Shown here one piece after another: positions 54,600 to 64,000 of a stretch of DNA of 64,000 bases; position 1 is the first letter of the stretch; each line of letters begins with the position of its first letter. This stretch comes from Candidatus Dojkabacteria bacterium (GTDB lineage: Bacteria > Patescibacteriota > Dojkabacteria > J137), in contig JAUZRK010000015.1 in assembly GCA_030950485.1 (NCBI GenBank), positions 2,010 through 66,009 on the forward strand, given 5' to 3'. Under the pieces are notes generated by a model that ran no database searches, was not told the DNA's origin, and was given only the letters and a program-made list of their open reading frames with translations. The translations under genes and the position numbers were made by a program.

Positions 54600-56303
54600 A
54601 TGAAAGCTATAGACATAAACAAAAATCAATTTAAAAAAGAAGTATTAGACTCAGAAAAAGCAGTATTAGTAGACTTTTGGGCTCCTTGGTGCGGACCTTG
54701 TAGAATGATGGCACCAATCTTAGATGAATTAGCATCTGATGAAGATCTTAAGGATAAATTAAAGATTGTAAAAATAAATACAGAAGAAGTTGAGAATAGA
54801 GACCTTGCTATCCTTTACAAAATACAGAGTATACCTAATATGAAACTGTTTTTTAATGGTCAAGTAGTCGAAGATTTTATTGGATTTAGAGCTAGAGCTG
54901 ATTTTAAAAGAGATCTACAAGCTTCAATTTCTAAACTTGAAGTTAAAGCAAGTGCTTCTCAGGAAGATAAATATGGAATAACAAGATTTTATGATGAAAA
55001 TCTAGCACATGCGTCGTATGCAATAATTTCTGATAAGAAAGTGATGTTGATTGATCCAAGTAGAGATTTACAGAAATATTATGATTTTGCAGATGAAAAT
55101 AATGCTGAAATAATCGGGGTGATTGAGACACATCCACATGCAGATTTTATATCTTCTCATAAGCTTATTTCTCTAGAAAAGGGTGCAAAAGTGTACGTTT
55201 CAGAATTACTAGGAGCGGAGTATGAATATGAAGGATTTGATAATGGCGACGAAATTAAGATGGGTCAAGTAGTTTTTGAATCATTTAATACGCCTGGACA
55301 TTCACCAGATAGTATATCGATTTTAATTAAGGATAATGAAGGAACCCAAATAGCTATTTTTACCGGCGATACTTTATTTGTTGGTGATGTTGGAAGGCCT
55401 GATTTAAGAGAAGGCGTTGGGAATGTAATGATGAGTAGAGAAGAACTAGCTGAGAAACTATATCACTCTATTCATGATGTTATAGCAGAGTTTAAAGATG
55501 AAGTTATAGTTTATCCTGCTCATGGTAATGGATCATTATGTGGAAAAAATCTATCAGATGAGCCTAGTTCAACTATTGGAAAAGAGAAGAAAACTAATCC
55601 AGGCTTTTTAGCTAAGGATAAAAATGAATTCGTTAAGTATATTTTGGAAGGGCAACCCTATGTTCCAAAATATTTTCCAAATTCAGTTCAGTTAAATAGA
55701 AAAGGAGTCTTAAGCTATAAAAACAGACTTACTGAACTTGCAAATTCTGAAAATGTCTCAATATTAAAAGAGGATGATATGGTTATCGATATAAGAAGTA
55801 AGGCTGATTATGAAATTAAACACATTCCGGGATCACTAAACATTCAGTTTGACGGTAAGTTTGAAACCTGGCTAGGATCAATCTTAGATCCAAAAGAGAG
55901 ATTCTATATAGTAAAGGGTGCGTATCTATTGGAAGATGTCGTAAGAAGAGTAGCAAACATTGGGTACGAAGAAAATATTATTTCTATAATCTCAGACGAT
56001 TCGATTGTTTCTAACTCTGTTATTTCTTCTCTTCCAGAAAGTAAAGAAATTCTAGAAAAGGAATTTACGATTATAGATGTAAGAGAGGAATCCGAGGTAG
56101 AAAATCGTAAGTACTTTGAATCTTCAATTAATATTCCCTTACAACATTTACGAGAGCGAGTAAACGAGATAGATACTTCAAAACCCATAATAGTTCACTG
56201 TGCTGGGGGTTATAGATCTCAAAGTGCAGCTACTATACTGAGAGATCATTTTAAGAATAGAGTTGAAGTTTATGATCTTGGTTCAAGTGTTGATAAATAT
56301 TAA
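54600..56303 (+). CDS. Thioredoxin - MBL-fold persulfide dioxygenase - rhodanese - rhodanese fusion (CstB-like)
   Basis: WCGPC; ETHPHADF, TPGH, GDTLFVGDVGRPDL, PAHG.GSLCG; DIRS; DVRE...HCAGGYRS. Confidence 0.9.
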   Translation: MKAIDINKNQFKKEVLDSEKAVLVDFWAPWCGPCRMMAPILDELASDEDLKDKLKIVKINTEEVENRDLAILYKIQSIPNMKLFFNGQVVEDFIGFRARADFKRDLQASISKLEVKASASQEDKYGITRFYDENLAHASYAIISDKKVMLIDPSRDLQKYYDFADENNAEIIGVIETHPHADFISSHKLISLEKGAKVYVSELLGAEYEYEGFDNGDEIKMGQVVFESFNTPGHSPDSISILIKDNEGTQIAIFTGDTLFVGDVGRPDLREGVGNVMMSREELAEKLYHSIHDVIAEFKDEVIVYPAHGNGSLCGKNLSDEPSSTIGKEKKTNPGFLAKDKNEFVKYILEGQPYVPKYFPNSVQLNRKGVLSYKNRLTELANSENVSILKEDDMVIDIRSKADYEIKHIPGSLNIQFDGKFETWLGSILDPKERFYIVKGAYLLEDVVRRVANIGYEENIISIISDDSIVSNSVISSLPESKEILEKEFTIIDVREESEVENRKYFESSINIPLQHLRERVNEIDTSKPIIVHCAGGYRSQSAATILRDHFKNRVEVYDLGSSVDKY

Positions 56304-56320
56304 ATTAAAAAATTTAAAAA

Positions 56321-56785
56321 ATGAACGTTAAATTAAATAAAAATTCACTAAAAATCTTTACTGCAATCTTTGGAACAATTATTGTTGTTGGCTTTTTTAT
56401 CATTATGAATTCTAATGATAAATGTGCAAATGATTCAGAAGGTAATACAGAATCTATAGCTCAATTTCAAACAGTAAATGCTTCAGATTTTCAAAAAGAG
56501 ATTGTAGAACAAGATGCTGTGATTTTAGATATAAGAACAAAGGATGAGTATGATTTGGGAAGAATTTCTAATTCTATAAATATCGATTATTACAGTCCTA
56601 GGTTCAGAAATGAGTTAGAAAAATTAGATAAAGATGCAGAATATAAAATTTATTGTAATTCAGGAAATCGAAGTAAGACAGCTTTAGATATTATGAAAGA
56701 ATTGGGATTTACAAATGTAACAGAGCTAAAAGGTGGGATTCAGGCGTGGATTAACTCAGGGGGAGAGACTTGTGTAAATTGCTAG
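56321..56785 (+). CDS. Membrane-anchored rhodanese-domain protein
   Basis: N-terminal TM helix, DIRT..EY, YCNSGNRS, LKGGIQAW, C-terminal CVNC. Confidence 0.9.
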   Translation: MNVKLNKNSLKIFTAIFGTIIVVGFFIIMNSNDKCANDSEGNTESIAQFQTVNASDFQKEIVEQDAVILDIRTKDEYDLGRISNSINIDYYSPRFRNELEKLDKDAEYKIYCNSGNRSKTALDIMKELGFTNVTELKGGIQAWINSGGETCVNC

Positions 56786-56798
56786 GAATGAAATAAGT

Positions 56799-56829
56799 TA
56801 AGAAGGGAACTCTATTAGCTCCCTTCTTA
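56799..56829. terminator. Bidirectional terminator
   Basis: taagaagggaa.../ctcccttctta between convergent genes. Confidence 0.7.
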
Positions 56830-56832
56830 TTT

Positions 56833-57804
56833 CTATTCAGAAATTTTTAATACAACATTTCCAATTTTATGACCAGAATCTACATACTCATGAGCTCTAA
56901 CTATTTCATCTAGACTATAAATTTTACTAATTACAGGTTTGATCATTTTTCTTTCATATAAATCCTTCAAGTAATCTAATTTCTCTTTTGTATCATTTGA
57001 AACACCAGAAACAATTTTCTTAGAATTAAAAATATTACTGATAAACATTCTTAGATAAAAGGGTAATCCTCCAACCATTTGAACAAACTTTCCTTTTTCT
57101 ACTAGGGAATCTTTAGAGTCTGAAAAGTTTAATTTACCAATAGTATCTAATATCACATCATATTTCTTTTCTAACTTTGTAAAGTCCTCAGACTTATAAT
57201 CGATTACAAAATCTGCACCTAGAGTGCTAATTAATTCATGATTCTTTTTAGTACTAATACCTGTAACTTCTGCACCAAATATTTTTGCTAATTGGACTGC
57301 GGCAGTTCCCACACTTCCGGAAGCCCCGTTAATCAACACTTTATCACCGCTTTTAACTCCAGCTTTTGTAAGGAAATAGTGTGCTGCTCCAAACCCAAAC
57401 GGAATAGATGCTGCATCTTCAAAACTCATATTATTAGACATTTTAACTATTACATTATCAGCCTTTATCTTCATAAATTCAGCATTAGCACCAGATTTTG
57501 ATGAATAGCCAAATACTTTATCTCCAACATTAAACTCTGTAACATCAGCTCCAGTTTCAGTAATGATCCCAGAAAACTCACTTCCCAAAATACTATATTT
57601 GGGCTTTTTAAATCCAAACATCAACCTGACGAAAAAACTCATACCTTCAGGGACATTAATAGCTCTAATTCTAGCCTCACCTGATGTGACACTTCCTGAT
57701 TTTACTTCTATTAAAACTTCATCTATTGATATTTTTGTCTTACTTATATCTTGAATCTGAAAAACGTCTGCGTCGCCATAGCTATTTATTATTACTGCTT
57801 TCAT
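56833..57804 (-). CDS. NAD(P)-dependent medium-chain dehydrogenase/quinone oxidoreductase
   Basis: LGSEFSG, GDKVLINGASGSVGTAAVQLAK, LGADFVIDY, GHKIGNVV. Confidence 0.9.
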   Translation of the reverse strand: MKAVIINSYGDADVFQIQDISKTKISIDEVLIEVKSGSVTSGEARIRAINVPEGMSFFVRLMFGFKKPKYSILGSEFSGIITETGADVTEFNVGDKVFGYSSKSGANAEFMKIKADNVIVKMSNNMSFEDAASIPFGFGAAHYFLTKAGVKSGDKVLINGASGSVGTAAVQLAKIFGAEVTGISTKKNHELISTLGADFVIDYKSEDFTKLEKKYDVILDTIGKLNFSDSKDSLVEKGKFVQMVGGLPFYLRMFISNIFNSKKIVSGVSNDTKEKLDYLKDLYERKMIKPVISKIYSLDEIVRAHEYVDSGHKIGNVVLKISE

Positions 57805-57828
57805 AATTTTAAACTTAAAAATTTGTAT

Positions 57829-58035
57829 TTACTTATATTCGAAAACTTTACTAATATCTTTATTAAAAACTTTAGAGATTTTAAATGCAAGCTCAAGAGA
57901 AGGCGAGTAATTACATTTTTCTATTGCAATAATAGTTTGTCTAGTTACCTCAACTAGTTTTGCTAGATCTTCTTGTGTTAAACCAGCTTCTGCTCTTAAA
58001 GTTTTTATATTGTTTGCAATACTTTCCTTACTCAT
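57829..58035 (-). CDS. XRE-family HTH transcriptional regulator
   Basis: LTQEDLAKLVEVTRQTIIAIEKCNYSPSLELAFKI. Confidence 0.95.
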   Translation of the reverse strand: MSKESIANNIKTLRAEAGLTQEDLAKLVEVTRQTIIAIEKCNYSPSLELAFKISKVFNKDISKVFEYK

Positions 58036-58490
58036 GCTTTTAATTTACCTCTGTAATAACAAATTTTAGATAGAGAACCGATAACTTCTGATAAGACTCC
58101 AAATACAACAATGATACTAAACATTACAGCTAAAGATTGACCAATTGCTGCTGATACTAAGGCTAAACCAAAACCTATTAGAAATACTGCCTGCCCATTT
58201 CGCTCTCCTTTTAAATCAATTAATTTATCTCTTTCATCTACTATTTCCTTAAAATCACTTTCTTTTCCTGTAGCTATAGCTGTAGCAATTGCTACTAAGA
58301 TATACATTACTATCATTGAAACAATTCTTAATGGAATCATTATTAAAATTGCAGTAGCCCAGAATTTTAATTCCTCATCATTAGAAAGGTTTTTATCTTG
58401 ATAAGTAATAAATACTGAAACTATATAAGGAAGTCCAACTAGCAATAAGCTAGATAATGAGATTAGGATTTCTCTCTCTTTAGAAGACAT
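58032..58490 (-). CDS. Four-TM membrane protein coupled to the XRE regulator
   Basis: DERDKLI motif, YYR C-terminus, ATGA overlap with the HTH gene. Confidence 0.8.
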   Translation of the reverse strand: MSSKEREILISLSSLLLVGLPYIVSVFITYQDKNLSNDEELKFWATAILIMIPLRIVSMIVMYILVAIATAIATGKESDFKEIVDERDKLIDLKGERNGQAVFLIGFGLALVSAAIGQSLAVMFSIIVVFGVLSEVIGSLSKICYYRGKLKA

Positions 58491-58517
58491 TTTGTTTTGT
58501 TAATAAGTTATAAATAT

Positions 58518-58557
58518 ATATTAATGTAAAGTTTACTTTACGTCAAGTATTTTTTAC
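58518..58557 (-). promoter_or_regulatory. Promoter with tandem inverted-repeat operator
   Basis: TTGACG-17-TAATAT on minus strand, overlapped by GTAAAG-N4-CTTTAC and GTCAAG-N4-TTTTAC. Confidence 0.65.
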
Positions 58558-58862
58558 ATTACTTATTGCATTTTATTTAATGGACTTCTAATTAATATTT
58601 TCAAATTTCTGCTATTTCTCTGAAGAGCAGCAGTTTTGAAGATTATATTTATTTATCTATGTTATAGTATATATATTCACCAATTGGCAAATATCTCATG
58701 CCTGATAACGAGAGCTTCTAGTATATATAACTTAGTAATTTAAATTCTTTGTGTCCCAAGTATATATAAATTGTTCAATGTTTATGAAGTAAGATAATCA
58801 ATGAAACAAGCCTATTTATAATAATATTTATTTTGAGTATTAACTACATATTAAATTAGATA

Positions 58863-59471
58863 ATGGACGTAACAACAAAAATCAATAAAATTAATAAACG
58901 TAAATGGGAGGAGTATAATATTCGAACAGATTTTACCTCATTACGTATTTTAACTTTTATTAAGGTAATGATTATAACAACTGTAGTATTAGCAACTTAT
59001 TGGTTTATGACTAATATTATTACCTCAGTTTATATATCGAAAATTTCAGTCCTCTTACTTATAGTTTTAATATTTTATTATTTAGTAGAGACTTTAGTTT
59101 TTTTACATAAAAGCTCACTAACTATTCTTTTTATCCCAGGAAATATTCAGATTATTGAAGGAAATTACTTTGATTCAATTCAAGGGAAAATAATTATAAA
59201 TCGCGGGTTAATTTTTAAAAGAATAAGAACATTAGGGATAAGTGAATTTGATAGAGTTACTGTTTTTCAAAATCCTATTCAAAGGATTTTAAATACTGGA
59301 ACTATTAAACTTATTGAAGTAAATAAATTATCAGATACAACTTCAATTTACTTTTCGTATATTAAGAATCCTCAGAATATTGCTAGAAAAATTCAGAGTA
59401 TGATAGATATTGAAGGCAGTGTAACTCAGAGAATTAAATCTTTCTCAAATGCTGAGGTTATTTCTCAGTGA
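58863..59471 (+). CDS. Membrane protein with bacterial PH domain
   Basis: Two TM helices, then IIINRGLIF...V.VFQNPIQRILNTGTIKL. Confidence 0.8.
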   Translation: MDVTTKINKINKRKWEEYNIRTDFTSLRILTFIKVMIITTVVLATYWFMTNIITSVYISKISVLLLIVLIFYYLVETLVFLHKSSLTILFIPGNIQIIEGNYFDSIQGKIIINRGLIFKRIRTLGISEFDRVTVFQNPIQRILNTGTIKLIEVNKLSDTTSIYFSYIKNPQNIARKIQSMIDIEGSVTQRIKSFSNAEVISQ

Positions 59472-59601
59472 TGACTCTTCTCTAAAAGTTAAGTCAAGAA
59501 ATTAATCAGGTTAATAAATATTTCTAGAAATAAGATTTAGAAATTTCTCAAGATAAACGAAATGAGATGTTGTCATTTATTTTAACAAGCTTAATGTATC
59601 C

Positions 59602-60081
59602 TTATTTCTTTACTAAGTCTGATTGAATTACATCTATAATGTTTTTTATTATAGGTATTTGAAGCTTATAGCCTCCGGTAAAGTTAAATCCAATATAGTA
59701 TGCAAGAACATCAAGATAATCAAATACATCAGCATTACTCATAGGAGCAAGCTTTTGCGTAATCTCAATTAGGACAGGAGTTAAAATTCCGCCAATTAAG
59801 CAAGTATTCCAACTATATGGTTTTTCATTTAAAGTAAGAGTAGCAGCACGCATTAGTACAGCTGCTGCAGTAGGTTCAAGAAGATCTTTTATATGTCCTC
59901 CAAAAATTTGAACCACAGGATTGTTTGTACCCTCTATAAGCATTTTAATTGCAGCTGTAGTAACTATACAAAGCAGTTGAACTGGTAGGACATTTACCTG
60001 CTCTGACTCAATTTGACTATTTTCCTTAAGTTGAGTAACTTCATGATTAATTGCAGAATCAATTTCTAAATCACTACTCAT
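59602..60081 (-). CDS. Hypothetical membrane protein
   Basis: Hydrophobic helices, IEITQ...FDYLDVLAY..G motif. Confidence 0.6.
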   Translation of the reverse strand: MSSDLEIDSAINHEVTQLKENSQIESEQVNVLPVQLLCIVTTAAIKMLIEGTNNPVVQIFGGHIKDLLEPTAAAVLMRAATLTLNEKPYSWNTCLIGGILTPVLIEITQKLAPMSNADVFDYLDVLAYYIGFNFTGGYKLQIPIIKNIIDVIQSDLVKK

Positions 60082-60242
60082 TTGTTTTAAATTTAAAGAT
60101 AAGCCCGAGATATTATCATGGAATATCTATTACGTGCAATATAGCTTATAAAGTCAGAAGAGCTTACTGTATAGTATAAGATTATTATTTAAGAAGATAG
60201 TTTAAGGATTCAATATATATCGAATAGATAAACAACTTTTTA

Positions 60243-60749
60243 TTATACTTCTTGTGCCCATTTCTCTATCTCATTCCAATCTCTATAATCGCCTTCGCTA
60301 GCTCCTTTTAGTTTTAAAAGAAATTTTAAGATATATCTAGTATGAAAAGGCACTCTTTTTAATTCCACAGCTCCTGCGAAACCCTTTACATCTATTGGGT
60401 TTAAACTAGGATTTATATTTCTTATATATTCAGCGTACTTTTGACCTCTTTTAGTTGATCTTTCTGATTTAGAAGATAATGTTAAACAAACGAAAAAATA
60501 GAAAAGACGTTTGTTTTTTAAAACTTTAGTATTATTTTTTAGAAAATCCCTAGCTTCATTCATCCATTTATCATATCTAATTGGAGAACCTACAATTACT
60601 GTATCGTATTTCTGTAGATTTATAACATCCTCAATATTAAAAACGTCAACATTATTCTCTTTCTCTTTCAGCGTCTTCCCGATTTTCTCTGCGACTTCTT
60701 TTGTTGAGCCTAATTTTGTAGAGTATGTGACTAAAATATTTTTATCCAT
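60243..60749 (-). CDS. Flavodoxin-domain protein (HemG-like family)
   Basis: YSTKLGSTKEVAEKI, VIVGSPI, FAGA, DYRDWNEIEKWA. Confidence 0.9.
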   Translation of the reverse strand: MDKNILVTYSTKLGSTKEVAEKIGKTLKEKENNVDVFNIEDVINLQKYDTVIVGSPIRYDKWMNEARDFLKNNTKVLKNKRLFYFFVCLTLSSKSERSTKRGQKYAEYIRNINPSLNPIDVKGFAGAVELKRVPFHTRYILKFLLKLKGASEGDYRDWNEIEKWAQEV

Positions 60750-60916
60750 ATATAAAAGCTTATTAGAATTTTAATTTTTTTACAACATATTTGTTTTTAA
60801 ATTCTAATTGATATTAAGTATTGCCTTAGAATTTATTGTTGGACTTCACAGATTAGGTTTATTGAATAAAGCAATAATTGATGCTTTAATGATTTATATA
60901 TGATCATTTAATACAA

Positions 60917-61639
60917 ATGGACTTAACTGCGATTATTACGACAATTAGACACGGTGAAAAAGATGATTCTGGATCTTTAACTGATGATGGAGCAAATCAA
61001 TAAAGATTAAGAGCGTTAGAAGTTGACCACCTTAAGGGAGATCTTATCTTATTTCATAGTGGAGTAAATCGAGTAGAAGACACTATAAAGCACTTAGCTT
61101 CAAATATTCATGCAATTGAAGTCTCACAGTTTGATATTAAACTCCAAAATGAACTTCATATGCAAGATTATATAGTACCTAATCTTCATTATTTATATGA
61201 CCCTAGTATAAAGGGTAGGTATTTTGGAGAATGGGATAATATTGAAATGACTGAAAAAAGTATTCTGGATAGAATAGATGGATTCTTAAATTTTAAAGAT
61301 AAAAGTCTAGAACCGAATATTTTTCCTTCACCTCTTGAAATGTTTAAGAGGATCTCAAGTGTTATTAGGTCTCAGATTAATTTCGCAACAATTACTGATA
61401 GCACCCATAGAACTAATTTTATAAATGGAACACATGAACCAGTAATATCTGCATTTATATTCTTTCTACTAAAAAAGATGAGTGACAAGAGTATCACTAA
61501 AATAGATGACATAGGAGGCCCTATTGGTTTTGCTGAAGGGTTAGATATACTAGTATTTCAAGATAAAAATCAGGAGATTAAATTAGAACTCAATTTTAGA
61601 GGGAAGAATTATCCATTTGAATTATCTGATTTAGGATAA
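60917..61639 (+). pseudogene. Histidine phosphatase family protein with in-frame TAA at 61001-61003
   Basis: IRHGE, LTDDGANQ*, HSGVNRVEDT in frame with ORF 61160-61639 (GTHEP). Confidence 0.75.
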
Positions 61640-61654
61640 AAGATCTTTCTAAAC

Positions 61655-61954
61655 TTATAACATAACAGTTATCTCTACCTGAACTAAATCACCAACCTTT
61701 ATTCTCTCACTATCTCTAACAGATTTCTTAATAGGGAGTATAAAACTATTCGATTTTTTATCTGTAAAAATCGAGGTTTTGAAGTTAGAATTACTAATAG
61801 TTACATTTACGGGAAGTGAACCCCAGCCTCACTTCTGATCAGCATATCTAAAGTCTATAAGCTCTTTTATATCTTTTGGTAACGTTATAAAGTGCCAAGC
61901 TGCTTTTTCGCTAGAGTGGATCCATAATACTGCTTTGAATTTTAATTTATCCAT
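61655..61954 (-). pseudogene. DUF1905-domain protein with in-frame TGA at 61829-61831 (missed by the ORF track)
   Basis: MDKLKFKAVLW...AWHFITLP...QK*GWGSLPVNVTI...KTSIF...ILPIKKSVR...VGDLVQVEI. Confidence 0.8.
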
Positions 61955-62060
61955 TTAGTATATATTTAAACATATTTATTTTACTTTAATAGAAAACTTA
62001 ACACTATATTCATATTAAATTCACTACTTCGAAATATAATATGGTTAATTAAATTAAAAC

Positions 62061-62294
62061 ATGAAAAATGAAAATGTAAAATTATCTTTTCCCTTATTAT
62101 TAGGAGTATTTATTCTAGTAATTGGAATAGGTATCTCTTTAGTATTTATATCCTACGCTTCAAATAGTGGAAATGTTGAAGCAACAGTTGATGGAAGTAA
62201 TAATAACAATACAGCACAGCAGGATATTAGAAAAACTATTAGTACTAAGAGTAGTAATAATAAGGGTAATTCTAGAAGAAATGACGCTTCATAA
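62061..62294 (+). CDS. Small membrane-anchored protein upstream of apbE (candidate flavinylation substrate)
   Basis: TM helix, N/S-rich linker, TISTKSS motif; abuts apbE. Confidence 0.6.
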   Translation: MKNENVKLSFPLLLGVFILVIGIGISLVFISYASNSGNVEATVDGSNNNNTAQQDIRKTISTKSSNNKGNSRRNDAS

Positions 62295-63191
62295 ATGAAA
62301 AACGATCCTAATCTAATAAGAAAAATAAAATTTAGAGCAATTGGTACTAATTGGTACTTTGAATTTTTTGAAGATGTGCAAATAGATTTAGTTTCAAGGG
62401 CAAAAGATATAATTGAAGAATTTGAAAAGAAATTTTCTAGGTTTATAGATACAAGTTTTGTCTCGCAGCTAAATTCGGATAAATACTTCAATAATCCAGA
62501 TGATGAGTTCTTTGAATTAATAAAGATTGGAAAAGATGCTAATAAAGTTACAAATGGATCTTTTGATATAAGTATAGGAGGAATACTAGAAGATAGAGGT
62601 TATGATTCGAACTATTCTTATATTCCTAAAGACAATAGGAATCAAGTAGGGAATGTCAGTGTTACAAAGGGTGAAATTAGAATAAGCCCAAATTCAAGAA
62701 TTGATCTTGGGGGTCTTGGAAAAGGTTATTTAGTTGATAAAGTAAAAAACTTTTTTTTAAAGAATAATATTAAGTATTTTTTAATCAATGCGGGAGGCGA
62801 TATTTATGCTACGAGCGATAATAAAGAAAAAATAAGGTTTGAACTTGAAAGCCCATTTGAAACTTCTGAGACGATAGGGGAGCTTTTAATAAGTAACTCA
62901 GCAATAGCAGCCTCATCAAATTCTAAAAGAAATTGGAGCTATGGAGGAACGGAGTATGGACATTTAGTACAAACCAATAAACTAATTAGAAATAAAATTA
63001 TCAAATCAGTTTATACTTTTGGAAATAAGTGCCTAGACGTAGACATTGCGGCAACTTGTATTTTTCTATCTGAAGTAGGTTTATATAAAAAAATAAGCAG
63101 TTACTATAATGTGCAATATCTAATTTTATTCGAGGATGGTACTTTTACTAAGAGCGAAGGATATCCTGCTGAGTTATATTTAAACAAATGA
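62295..63191 (+). CDS. apbE: FAD:protein FMN transferase
   Basis: FRAIGT, FSRF..S..SQLN, TNGSFDI, IDLGGLGKGYLVD, INAGGDI, AASS, H, D.AAT. Confidence 0.92.
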   Translation: MKNDPNLIRKIKFRAIGTNWYFEFFEDVQIDLVSRAKDIIEEFEKKFSRFIDTSFVSQLNSDKYFNNPDDEFFELIKIGKDANKVTNGSFDISIGGILEDRGYDSNYSYIPKDNRNQVGNVSVTKGEIRISPNSRIDLGGLGKGYLVDKVKNFFLKNNIKYFLINAGGDIYATSDNKEKIRFELESPFETSETIGELLISNSAIAASSNSKRNWSYGGTEYGHLVQTNKLIRNKIIKSVYTFGNKCLDVDIAATCIFLSEVGLYKKISSYYNVQYLILFEDGTFTKSEGYPAELYLNK

Positions 63192-64000
63192 AAATTAACA
63201 AACTAACATTATTATATAGTACGATTGTTCTTTCTTACCTATACTAATACCAGCTCTTTACTTTACTAAAAGTTATGGGTTTGCTTTAAATGAGTCATTT
63301 TGGGTAATAGGCTCAATTACAGGCTTACTAGCATTTATACTTTTTTTCTGGGAATATTTATTAACTGTAAAGCCCTTAGTAAGGTTATATACTAAAGATG
63401 TAATTTCACTAATAAACTTACACAGATGGATAGGTATAAACATGCTTGTTCTTCTTTTACTCCATCCAATAGCTTTGATTTTAGAATCATTAATTAATAG
63501 AAGTGAATTACTAATAACAATAATTCCAAGTAATTCTTATAATCTATATTTAATGCTTGGAGAACTATCGTTCATTTTGTTATATCCATTTGGATAACAA
63601 GTTATTTGGCTAGAAAGAAAATGTCATATAGGATTTGGCGAATATCTCACCTTTTAACTTACTTAGTATTTCCAATCACCTTGATTCATACGATTAAGAT
63701 AGGAACATATTTTAGTAGTATTTTTATAAGTACATACATATATGTCATCTTTTCGTTATTCATACTTATAGTTTTATATAAATTTCTACACTTTGCATCA
63801 ATATTAGGGAATAGATATGTTATTACGAAGATTGAAGACATTAATTCAGAGATATATTTAGTTCATTTAAAACCTACAATAAAAAAAATTAAAATAAAGG
63901 GTGGTCAATTTATTCAGCTTAGGTTAAATCCATTTGGTGAAAGTCATCCATTTAGTGTATTAGACTTTGATGAAACTACTGGAGAGATTGCTTTAGGTAT
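63188..64000 (+). pseudogene. Ferric-reductase-like (heme b) transmembrane protein fused to an FAD-binding oxidoreductase; frameshifted, truncated by the window end
   Basis: ATGA overlap with apbE; LHRWIG...LLHP, WRISHLLTY...LIH, GQFIQL...ESHPFS across frames. Confidence 0.8.

Noticed and set aside
58560-58860. Riboswitch in the long intergenic region
   Set aside because: Only a weak hairpin (ctgct...agcag); no known aptamer consensus recognised

Overview
AT-rich (about 30% GC) bacterial chromosome segment. Gene content and style suggest a Patescibacteria/CPR-like organism, possibly Dojkabacteria (inference): almost no Shine-Dalgarno sites, many apparently leaderless genes, a short atpH, giant surface proteins and no amino-acid biosynthesis genes in the window. 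It uses genetic code 11. Core content: lemA, a LysM protein, tRNA-Gln(TTG), a FtsX/MacB-type ABC exporter, gatA, RNase P RNA, a zwf-gnd fusion, a complete F-type ATP synthase operon (Na+-type c subunit, CYTH gene inserted between atpG and atpD), gpmI-eno-Ham1, dut, trkH and tRNA-Glu(CTC). A redox-rich accessory stretch follows, with a CstR-like repressor and operator, rhodaneses, a Trx-MBL-rhodanese fusion, ApbE and a ferric-reductase-like protein. Two giant surface genes (an M23/SH3 murein hydrolase and a VNDAP Ig/cadherin-repeat adhesin) are split in the ORF track only by point lesions. The most striking unannotated signal is a pair of homologous Ile-rich leader peptides. Each has a sigma70 promoter, a GGAGG antiterminator segment and a near-identical intrinsic terminator, which is classical ribosome-dependent attenuator architecture. 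They control a SAM methyltransferase and an M20 peptidase plus a highly divergent glutamate-cysteine-ligase-fold protein, not biosynthetic genes. Many genes carry homopolymer frameshifts and isolated in-frame stops, probably at least partly sequencing or assembly error. All family calls come from motif recognition by eye; no searches were run.
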